Shown: one piece after another, positions 1-8,609 of the stretch
How positions within the stretch are numbered: the first letter of the stretch is position 1
Layout of the letters: the number at the start of each line of letters is the position of its first letter
NCBI GenBank assembly: GCA_043228905.1
Contig: JBHGNT010001207.1
Location: 1-10,975, forward strand
DNA: 10,975 bases
Source of the DNA: Azolla caroliniana
Taxonomy: Eukaryota; Plantae; Polypodiophyta
Direction of reading: 5' to 3'
Translations under genes and position numbers: made by a program
The notes under the pieces: model-generated
What the model saw: only the letters and a program-made list of their open reading frames with translations
The model's database searches: none
Told to the model about the DNA's origin: nothing

Positions 1-18
1 AAGAAAGAAATAAAGAAA

Positions 19-440
19 GAAAAAGGAACATGACACTAACGTAAAAATTTGCCATGACATAGGCAGTAGTAGCATAACAACTTACCACTCGTGTGAGCTA
101 ATTTCTAATAAGAAAGAAAGAAAGTAAAAGAAGAAAAAGGACCATGACACTAACATAAAAATTTGCCATGACACTAACAAGAGGATATGAGAAAGTTAGG
201 CATTGAACCCAAGACACAAGTAATAGTAGCACAAAAACTTACCACTAGGTTGTGCTTAGTTGTAATAATAAAAAAACAAAAGAAAAAAACTATTATAACA
301 CTAACATAAAACTTTGCTATGACATGGTACTAATGAGAGAGAGAAAAAGAGATGAGAAAATTGGAAATCAAACCCAAGACATAGACAACTATAACATGAC
401 TCCTTACCACTAGGGTGAGCTAAATTGTAATGATATTAAA
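19..440 (-). repeat. Degenerate tandem array of 3 units (~115-160 bp) with a tRNA-derived (Pol III A/B-box) core
   Basis: Units start at about 19, 133 and 282. They share ACACTAAC(A/G)TAAAA.TTTGC.ATGACA and CTTACCACT..G..G.GCT. On the minus strand, units 2 and 3 read TAGTGGTAAG...GGGTTCAATGCC and TAGTGGTAAGG...GGGTTTGATTTCC. The array may continue past the window edge. Confidence 0.75.
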
Positions 441-540
441 TGAAAAAAAAGAGAAAAAAAAAGGAGCACGTATTTTTGCCCTTTCAAACGTGTTCGTTTC
501 CAAATGTTGGAATGCTTGCACGAACACAAATATTACGTTC

Positions 541-781
541 TATGCGTATATGTATGTACATGTATAGAGAGCTCTCGATTCGGTTCGGTCTGGTTTGGTT
601 TGGTTTGGCGACAGAGTGGCAGTGGCAGTGGCAATGGTTCTTGCCTCTGTGGTGATGAAATTAAGAGCATATATGCAAAACATTGTATACGTATATGTAC
701 ATGTATAGAGAGCTTTCGGTTTGGTTTGGTTTGGTTCAGCTTGGTCTGGTTTGGCAGTAGTGGCAGTGGCAGTGACAATGG
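541..781 (+). repeat. Imperfect direct repeat (541-637 and 686-781) built from (TTTGG)n and (GTGGCA)n simple repeats
   Basis: Both copies read TAT(G/A)CGTATATG...TACATGTATAGAGAGCT, then GGTTT pentamers, then AGTGGCAGTGGCAGTG(G/A)CAATGG. Confidence 0.85.
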
Positions 782-909
782 CGGTGGCGGTGGCTTTGGC
801 TTGACCGAACACAGATAGAGACGACCGTTTATGGGACAAGAGCCAACGGCAATCAATTATTTATGGGACAGGAACGGGCAGTGGGTGGCCATTTTGCACA
901 CCCTATGGC

Positions 910-930
910 CTTCTTCTTCTTCTTCTTCTT
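910..930. repeat. (CTT)7 microsatellite
   Basis: Read directly from the sequence. Confidence 0.95.
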
Positions 931-1380
931 ACCATTATAGATTACCTGTCAAATAGCTTTCTTTCATGACCAGATACCGTCCAGTTGTAGACTTTACATT
1001 CTCCTTGCCACGGATCGCGTACACAGTACCAAGCTAACTTACCCCATTAAAGGCTCTAATGGAATGGATGAATGAAGATTAAGCTTTCGTCGATGTATAA
1101 AGAAATATAGTTTCGAGCTTGGATCTTATTGAATAATGAAGAGTTCGAATGAGGATAAATAGAACAGTTTTGGTTTGTTTCCGATCAAGGTCAGCTGACA
1201 AAACTTGCCTTTAATTTCAAGATAGGGTATTGAGACTTGAGTTCTACGAACCAAGGTGAACAAGTGATAATCAAATTTCTCCAAGAGTTATAAAACATTT
1301 TGCTCTCTCCCTCTAAATCTTGTCAATGTAATTAGTCAATTTCTCTACTCAATTATAATCATGCTTTGTTATTATAGTTT

Positions 1381-1618
1381 ATTTAACTTCCCTCATTTTT
1401 CGTAATCATAACATTGAGTAATCTAAACGATACCTCTCGTGAAATTTTCGCATTTCTTAGTAAACCATTGATTGACATTGACATTGAAGAGGTGTTTTTA
1501 TTTACCTTCCCTCATTTTTCTTAATCATAACATTGAGTAATCTAAATGATACCTCTCGTGAAATTTTCACGTTTCTTAGTAAACCATGGATTGACATTGA
1601 CATTGAAGGTGTGTTTGT
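1381..1618 (+). repeat. Head-to-tail tandem duplication of a 119-bp unit (1381-1499 / 1500-1618)
   Basis: Ungapped alignment at offset 119 with about 9 mismatches by manual count (~92% identity). Confidence 0.95.
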
Positions 1619-1847
1619 AGCTCTTTGGGGCAAATGTTGAATATCCCTATTGAAAATGAAATCATTAGTTGATGTGGACAAATGGTGTCATTATCATGGA
1701 TTGGAGGGGAGATGATAGCAAAGTTGCTTGGGTTTAAAGTCAAAACACATCCTACATCACCTTGCTTGAAACAAGAAAATGTTAAATGATTCGTTTTGGA
1801 TAAATGAATGTCAAACACTTCCTCGTCTCAAAGGATATATTACTGGA

Positions 1848-2138
1848 GGCACTAAGGATGAATAAATTTGTGAGTTTCTCATCGGTCATCTCATCGCTAG
1901 TGTCACACCTATTGTGTAGGGTTTTGGTCCTACACATGTAATCTTGGACCATCTCTTTGCCTCTTGCTTTCGAGAGGAGTGTTTCTCTATGGAAACCCAC
2001 TTTATTCCTCTTCTCTTGAAGCGGGTAAAAAATTCTCCCTTCATGTAGATGAAGTCATTCTAGACTTCACTTGGAAGTGTGGAACCAAACTCTCACTCAT
2101 GCTTCTATGGTGAGATCAAAAGAGGCCACTCTCGCCCT
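1848..2138 (-). pseudogene. Degenerate Ty3/gypsy-type gag (Retrotrans_gag-like) relic
   Basis: Joining minus-strand frames across about 2 frameshifts gives RVASFDLTIEA*VRVWFHT/PSEV*NDFIYMKGEFFTRFKRRGIKWVSIEKHSSRKQ/GKEMVQDYMCRTKTLHNRCDTSDEMTDEKLTNLFIL. This fits the Retrotrans_gag pattern W-F-x-x-L-P...K-x-x-F-x-x-x-F...Q...E-x-V-x-D-Y-x-x-R...L...F-I. Recognised by eye, not by HMM. Confidence 0.55.
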
Positions 2139-2512
2139 TAGGTATGGGCTTAATTCAAATTTGGTTTGGTTTCTTGGCATTGAAACCAAACCGAACCATT
2201 TATACATAACAAAAACCAAACAAAAAAAAAAGGTGAAATTGAACCGTTTAAGGAAAAGTTGAAACCAAACAGAACCATTTGATCACAAATCTAAAAAAAA
2301 CATTGAATTAAAAAACTTTAAATTAAAGAAAGCATTAAATTAAAAAATGTTTCAGCTAAACATGAAAAACCATTAAATTAATTAAGACACTAAACCATTA
2401 AGGAAATAAATAAATAAAGTAAAAACCAATAAACCATTAAATTGAGCCACTAAATCCAATAAAACATTAAACCTTGGTTTGACAACCAAACTGAACTAAA
2501 AAACTAGACCAT
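2139..2512. mobile_element. Probable left end and subterminal region of a non-autonomous hAT-like DNA transposon/MITE (partial)
   Basis: Begins TAGGTATGGGC (2139-2149), similar to the TAGG(C)ATGGGC-type termini of plant hAT MITEs. It is followed by many AAACCAAAC/AAACCGAAC/GGTTT motifs in A-rich DNA and starts where the gag relic is cut off. No right TIR or 8-bp TSD was found. Confidence 0.45.
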
Positions 2513-3249
2513 TTTTGTAAGATGATGCTTATTAATATAGAGAAAGGTCTTTAAGCTAGATTGGTGTTAATCATTCCCCATTGTGTTTGTCCATAAGTGT
2601 AACTTCCTCTTCATCTTTCTCTTTCTCTCTCCCTTACACACACACATATCACATAGTCTTCCGTTGCGTAGTCACATACGTGATTAACTCCTCACATAAT
2701 TAGATATTAATTAACCCTTAGTTAATTACCTAATTATTTATAGTCACCCATGGCAAATATTTCCCAATGTAAGGAGAGGTGAATATGCCAGATGATCATA
2801 TCTTATAATGCTTGTTTAGGTCTACATTTTCAAGTCAAACTCCATGCCCATCATTAGTCCTTTTGTGGTTGGGCAGTATGGAAGGCCCACTTAATGTACT
2901 TTTAAAACGTTCTTATGAACATGGGAAACCAAATGGTTCCATCAACTTATTAGTAGACATAGTAGATAGGTGGGTACATACATAATGTATTTGATGATAT
3001 TTCATGTTTATGTGGAATATGCTTTCGTTGTTTTTTAGCCAACAGGATGGTTCACCATTACAACTCATCATGATGAGAGTTGTCCCCTATGTCTACGCAA
3101 TAGTTTATAAAAGCTCATGAATGTTGCAAAAATGCGTGTGCTTGTGAATGTTGAGTGATGCCACCAAGGACTTGAACTAGAGAAGATGGTGTCCCGATGA
3201 AGGGTGATGGGTGATGTTTGCTTGAGTTGGCATGTATGCATGCGCCAAT

Positions 3250-3672
3250 AATGCCTCACTTGATATGTGTAGGAGCACACGGAGTTTTCCCTTCAAGAAT
3301 GTATGGGCCAATATATGCATGTGAATGATAGCCCTTTCTAAATATTGGTGTGCAAATATGCACTTGCTTCTTGTATTTTCTGCATATGTGTGCTTGTGCT
3401 TGAGTGTAGTGTTTTTTGTGTAAATGTGTGTGTATGTGTAGATGTATAATATGGTACGACGTGTATGTCTGCATGTGTTTATGTGTAAAAGAAAATTTGT
3501 GAGCATTTTTTGTATTTAACATGCAAGAGTTTGTGAATACTCATGCATGTCAGTGTATTGTGTGATTGTGTAAGTGTTTATTGTTTTTGTTAACTTGCCA
3601 ATTTGTATGAGTGAGTGTTGGGTAGTTTAAATATGTGTATCTATATAAGTGTGTGAGTTTGTGTATGTGTAT
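3250..3672. repeat. TG/TGTA-rich low-complexity tract (decayed microsatellite)
   Basis: Dense TGTG/TATGTG/TGTA words. This explains the spurious H/T/Y-rich minus-strand ORFs 3177-3506 and 3256-3522. Confidence 0.7.
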
Positions 3673-4283
3673 AGCTCAACTAAACTAAGAAATGATAATG
3701 TATAAGAGCCAATAAATTGCAACATGATTTGTAACCGAAACCCACATTAGGTAAGAGGGTTCATTGGGCCAACACTATGGGGGTTAGTTTTGGGTGTATT
3801 TTACATTGGTGGTTATGACACACAACACTCCAACCACAACACCCATCCATGTTGCCTCCCATTTTCTACTGCAAAGATACAATCACCAAACAAACGAAGA
3901 GATATTCGTGCAAATAGAAGGTCACAATCAGGATTCAAACCATGTCAAATGTGTTGTTGCAACTCAATCACATGAATTAGATGCAAATTACTTTCATGAC
4001 TAATTCCAATGGGCAAAGCAATAACACATATCCCAAAATACAACCCAATGTTTTTTTAGGTTTGCCTTCCAAAAAGGGTGACTTCTTAAGGCTTCAATAC
4101 TTTAGAATGTCATAAGCTTTCATCAATGAATCAATGAACACAAGGATATGGAAGATCACACCCTGTTCAACAATGTCACACCAACTTGATTCATACAACA
4201 ACACGAGACAATCAAACACAATTGGCAAGTGTTTAAGAGTTCGTTAATACAAAAAATTGCCCATCAAAACGTGAAGAAACAAC

Positions 4284-4787
4284 ACTACAATAATTTCTGG
4301 GTATGTTCAACATGGACAAAGCCATGACGCATCTGATAGTTTCAAGAGAATGCAAAATGAGGGATTATCACATGATGTTGTTACGTTTATTTGCACTCTA
4401 AAGGCATGTAGAAGCATGGGTGCTATAGACAAGGGCAAACAAATTCATGATGAGGTTATGAAAAGGAAATTGTTGGAGAAGAATATAGTTCTTGGCACTG
4501 CTCTGGTTCATATGTATGCTAGATGTGGTATGCTTGAGAAAGCGAGTCTAAAAGTACTAGAAGAGCTTCATCTTCGAGATGTGATTGCTTGGTCAACCCT
4601 TATTGCTGGCTATGCTCAACAAGGACAAGGACATGAAGCCTTGAAGTGTCTCAAACACATGGAAAGTGAGGGCAGATCTCTTGACAACATAACATTATTA
4701 TGTGTGTTGAGTGCAAGTGCTCACTCTAGGCTTGTAAATGATGCCAAAATGCTTTTTGAGATCATGACTACATGTAAAGAATCGTGA
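4284..4787 (+). pseudogene. PLS-class pentatricopeptide repeat (PPR) gene fragment, 5'-truncated and interrupted by the copia LTR
   Basis: The frame is open from 4275, and PPR homology starts mid-motif at about 4284. Motifs: P1 TTIISGYVQHGQSHDASDSFKRMQNEGLSHD; L1 VVTFICTLKACRSMGAIDKGKQIHDEVMKRKLLEKN; S1 IVLGTALVHMYARCGMLEKASLKVLEELHLRD; P2 VIAWSTLIAGYAQQGQGHEALKCLKHMESEGRSLD; L2 NITLLCVLSASAHSRLVNDAKMLFEIMTT. The final CKES* (4773-4787) is LTR sequence. There is an in-frame TGA at 4272-4274, no transit peptide and no S2/E/DYW. Confidence 0.9.
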
Positions 4788-5019
4788 GTGATTCTGTGTA
4801 GCGGAAGGAAAGTGTGTGTGTATGTGCACAAGAGAGAATGAGAGAGTGAGAGTTCTAAACAAGAAATTGTATATTACATCCAACAGTAACTAAGTTACAA
4901 AAGGTTGGTTTAAATACCAACTAGTCTAGGGCAAATGCCCTTTCTACTAATTCCAAAAATGTCCTAGTAAGTTGTCCACCAACTAGTGTGAACACTATTC
5001 CTATGGGAAGTTGAGTTCG
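4773..5019 (-). repeat. 3' LTR (at least 4773-5019; possibly to 5034 or further)
   Basis: Ends ...TTTACA on the element strand at 4773. 4773-~4850 matches 9567-~9650, and 4854-5019 matches 9903-10068 with 7 mismatches in 166 nt. Confidence 0.9.
4909..4916 (-). promoter_or_regulatory. Putative LTR TATA box (TATTTAAA); second copy at about 9958-9965
   Basis: Minus strand reads GTTGG-TATTTAAA-CCAAC, identical in both LTRs and about 140 nt upstream of the 3' LTR end. Function is inferred. Confidence 0.45.
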
Positions 5020-5249
5020 GCCCCTTCGAACACAACTTCTGGATGCCGAAAAGTTGTTTCGGTTCAATCTTCAAAAACTTCGATTTGGCTGAATTGACTT
5101 TTGGTTTTCGAGAGGCTAGGCGACACGGCTTACGATTTCAATTGTTCAATTCTCCGTGTTCGGCTGCTCGATTGTTTGTTCGTACTTCAAATCCTCTAGT
5201 CAGCTTCGATCGATTGATCGACTACAGTTTGGTGTCAGTTCGGTGATCG

Positions 5250-5710
5250 AGAGGCCAAGGTTCGTCACGAACTACCACAACTTGTCGATACCTAGGGCTT
5301 TTATGAAGATGTCGGCCACTTGAAGATTTGTGTTGATGTGTTGTAGGTCGACATCTCCGTCTTGTATGTGCTCGCAGATGAAGTGATAGTGTACTACTTT
5401 GATGTGTTTAGTCCACGTGTGGAACACGGGGTTCCGAGCCAGGTAGATACTACTCATGTTGTTGCAGTATAGGCGAATTGGATCCTTGATGGGTGCACCC
5501 AAGACCTTCAAGATGCGTTTGAGCCATATAGCTTCGCATTCGGCAACTGTTGCGCCCCTATATTCGGCTTCCGTGATCGATAGTGCGACTATCGATTGCT
5601 TCTTACTGCTCCAGGATATCACTCCGCTGCTGAGGGAGAAGACGAATCCAGAAGTGGATCGTCTATTGGCCTTATAGCCGACCCAATCAGCGTCCATGTA
5701 CCCTTCGAGT
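5250..5710 (-). pseudogene. Copia pol: RNase H domain
   Basis: GYMDADWVG...RRSTSGFVF...ISWSSKKQSIVALSITEAEY...LYCNNMSSIYLARNPVFHTWTKHI...QVADIFIKAL, with a premature TAG at 5272-5274. Confidence 0.95.
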
Positions 5711-6765
5711 CGAATTGGCGTATTCGACTTATACATGATGTCGTAGTCCATTGTCATATTGACATACCGAAGTATCCTCTTAGCACAATCGAGATGATCA
5801 TTTCGTGGGTTTTGCATGAATTGGCTAAGTAGGCCTACCGAATAGCTGAGGTCGGGTCGTGTGATGGTAAGGTAGATGAGGCTACCGATCAGTTGACGAT
5901 ATTGAGTCAGCTCGCGCTCTTCGGTTCTTGAATAGACATCGAGCTTGAGATTTCGATTGAGAGGGGTAGACACAGGTTTGCACTCGGTCATTCCAAACTT
6001 GTAGAGTCAGTTGAGAACGTAGTGTCGTTGAGAGATCAATATCCCGACTAGTGTTCGAATTACTTTGATATCAAGGAAGAAATGGAGCTCGTGCATGTCT
6101 TTCATTTCGAACTTGCCAGATAAGAGTGATTTGACCTTATTGATCCCAGCAATATCCTTTCCTCCGATGACTAGATCATCCACATACAAGATGATGACAA
6201 TCAGATTGTTTGACTCGTTTCAGATGTAGAGAGAGTTGTCGGATTTCGACATTCGAAAACCGATTTGATGAAAATATTGCGTTATCTTCGAATGCCAAGC
6301 ACGAGGTGCTTACTTAAGGCCGTAGAGTGGCTTCTTGAGTTGGCACACGACTTTCCGGTGAGTACGCGATTCAAAGAGGTGGTTGTATCATGTACACCTC
6401 CTCTTCTAATTCGCCTTGTAGGAAGGCGTTCTTTACGTCCATCTGGTGGAGGTGCCACCCTTTTGCAGTTGCGAGAGCTATGACTGTCTGAATAATCGTC
6501 ATCTTTGTCACCGGGGCAAAGGTCTCCTCGTAATCAACTCTGTGTATTTGGGCATATCCTTTTGCGGCGAGTCATTCTTTGAAGCAAATTTCTGAGCCAT
6601 CGGCGTTGTATTTGACCTTATAAATCCATATGCAACCTATCACTTTCCTGTGTGGTGAATGGGGAACAAGGTCCCATGTCTCGTTTTTGTGCAAGGCCCG
6701 CATTTCTTCATTCATCACGTCGACCCATCGGGGGTCCTTCATGGCTTCGGAAAATGTTTCAGGCT
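5711..6765 (-). pseudogene. Copia pol: reverse transcriptase (RVT_2) domain
   Basis: EPETFSEA...NETWDLVP...WIYKVKYNADG...DYEETFAPV...HQMDVKNAFLQGELEEEVYM...LYGLK*APRAW...LYVDDL (YVDD 6175-6186)...YRQLIGSLIYLTITRPDL. Frameshift near 6377 and several stops. Confidence 0.97.
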
Positions 6766-7179
6766 CTCGGATAGTTGCTACCTTCATCATAAAGGCGTAA
6801 TGATACGCCATATACTCATCGTAGCCGAAGCGTCTTATGAGGTTCTTTTCACGGGTAGATCGGTGTAGCTTCTCGTTCACAGAGACTAATGCTTTCTTCG
6901 CTCCATTTGTCCGGATGTTGAGGCCTTCAAACTCACTGTCGAGGGAGTGAGTTGACTCATTGTCCATTAGGTCTTCATATTCTGGCATTTTCCCCTTGCC
7001 TTTGTCTAGGTTCGGACTCGGCCGAGATGTGCTTCGATCGCTCGGCAACTCTTGTGGTCCACTCAGCCTTGTTCTATGCGGGCTATCTTCGTATGTGTGT
7101 CCAAGTTTATCTTCTTCTTGTATCTCTTGTTTGGCAAATTCTGAGTCGATTGGAGTAGAAATCGGAGTCGTCTCTGGAC

Positions 7180-8060
7180 CGTACCAGGATGCCGATTCGT
7201 CGAAAACGACGTCTCAACTCACTCGAGCTTTTCAGGTAGATGGGTTGTAGCATTTGTACCCCTTCTGTTCGAGCGAGTAACTTATGAGGATACATTTCTC
7301 CAACTTCGGGTCGAGCTTTTGTCGCATCTTGTTGGGAATATGCACATACGCGACTGAGCTGAAAATACGAACATGTGATAAATTCGGCTTCTTTCCAAAA
7401 AACCTCTCATGAGGGGTTACGTCATGTACCGCAGAGGTTGTACACCTGTTCATGAGATATATGGCTGTGTTTGCCGCTTTTGCCCAGTACAATTTCGACA
7501 GGTTCTTCTCATTCATCATTGACCATGCAACCTCTACTATGTGCCGATTCTTCCGTTCGGCTACACCATTTTGCTGAGGTGTATGTCAACATGAGAATTC
7601 TCATCGTATTCCTTCCTTTCGGAGATATGCCAAAAACTCATCCAAGAAATATTCTTTGCTTCCATCTGATCGAAGGCAGCGTACATGTCGGCCCATGGCT
7701 TTCTCAACTTCATTCTTAAACCTTTGGAAGTGTCCGAACACTTTGCTCTTCTGTCTCATCAGGTAGATCCAGGTGTACCTAGAGAAGTCATCGATGAATG
7801 TGACATAGTAGCGACAAGCTCTGAATGTTGCAGTCTAGGCTGGTCCCCACACATCTAAATGTACTACATCTAAGATCCCTTTACTCACATTCCTCTCTTC
7901 TGGGAATGGTTGTCGGCGTTGTTTTCCGAACTGGCACGCCTCACATACGCTCGTAATCTCCTTCATGGTAAAGTTCGGGAGTCCGATTATGACTCCTTTT
8001 GATTGCATGTTTTGGAGCTTTTGGAGATTAATGTGGCCAATTCGCTCGTGCCACAGTTTC
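7180..8060 (-). pseudogene. Copia pol: integrase (HHCC, DDE core, GKGY-like C-terminal region)
   Basis: LWHERIGH...CEAC; VHLDVWGP; FIDDFSRYTW; LRSDG; TPQQNGVAERKNR; KLDPKLEKCILISYSLEQKGYKCYNP. Contains several in-frame stops. Confidence 0.97.
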
Positions 8061-8199
8061 AAGTTGGTTTCAACTTTAAGGCCTTTCGCGAACATAATTG
8101 ATTTCACCTCTTTCGATTCAAGGATAAACATCATGCCTTCTCGGCGACCGTGAGCAATGAGGCGACCTTCTTTTTGGATGAAGCACCCTTCATCATTGA

Positions 8200-8465
8200 A
8201 CTGCACTTGCATCCCTTGTTCGACAATCTGGCCTATCGAGACCAGGTTTTTAGTGATGGTTGGGACATGCAAGACATTTTTTAGGTAGGTAGCTTTGTTT
8301 GTTGTTGTTCCCGAATGGGCCATTCTTGATGTGCCGTATTGAATGTGCCGTGTCATCGCATGTTTCGACATAATCGGGCCGATCGGGCTTTCGTAATTCT
8401 CGAAACCAATCTTCATGGGACGTCCTATGATTGGACGCTCCTGAGTCAACAAACCATACATTATC
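8200..8465 (-). pseudogene. Copia pol: aspartic protease
   Basis: VWFVDSGASNH...YLKNVLHVPTITKNLVSIGQI, with a frameshift from a 4-bp tandem duplication (TAGGTAGG, 8282-8289). Confidence 0.9.
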
Positions 8466-8609
8466 TGAGGTTGAGGTGTTTTTCTCACCTTGTGCCGATA
8501 TCGAATGCGCCTTGTGCCTCATCATATACATTCCGCCACGATCATCGTAGTCAGAATTCGAAGCATAATTCGTAAATTGTCGGTTGATTGACACCGAGTC
8601 TCGTATCTT

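Noticed and set aside
190-420. Functional tRNA genes
   Set aside because: T-arms and A/B boxes are present, but the acceptor and anticodon stems do not pair. Reported as a tRNA-derived repeat instead.
19-440. CRISPR-like repeat/spacer array
   Set aside because: The 'spacers' are homologous to each other, the repeats are degenerate, the context is eukaryotic and there are no cas genes.
440-856. Four overlapping ORFs (71-107 aa)
   Set aside because: They are translations of GGTTT and GTGGCA simple repeats (FGLVW, WQWQ, PLPL, TATA), with no domain signal.
930-1062. Possible minus-strand exon (three GT-AAG/AAT donor-like sites, short open frames)
   Set aside because: No recognisable peptide in any frame and no convincing acceptor. 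Cannot be supported without RNA data.
2846-2856. GCCCATCATTA as the right TIR partner of TAGGTATGGGC (2139)
   Set aside because: It has three mismatches in 11 nt, and the flanking 8-mers (CTCGCCCT vs GTCCTTTT) do not form a TSD.
3931-3941. B-box-like GGTTTGAATCC on the minus strand
   Set aside because: No A-box at tRNA spacing and the T-stem pairs poorly.
3068-4003. ORFs 3068-3280, 3177-3506, 3256-3522, 3790-3975, 3794-4003
   Set aside because: Low-complexity or short, with no recognisable motifs.
4283-4290. CACTACAA at the PPR breakpoint as a CACTA TIR (Pack-CACTA capture)
   Set aside because: Seven of the eight bases are explained by PPR codons (ACT ACA ATA). No subterminal repeats and no downstream TTGTAGTG partner were found in the window.
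4350-4787. Intact 145-aa PPR protein gene
   Set aside because: The ATG is an internal Met of a P motif, the stop comes from the LTR, and there is no targeting peptide or C-terminal domain.
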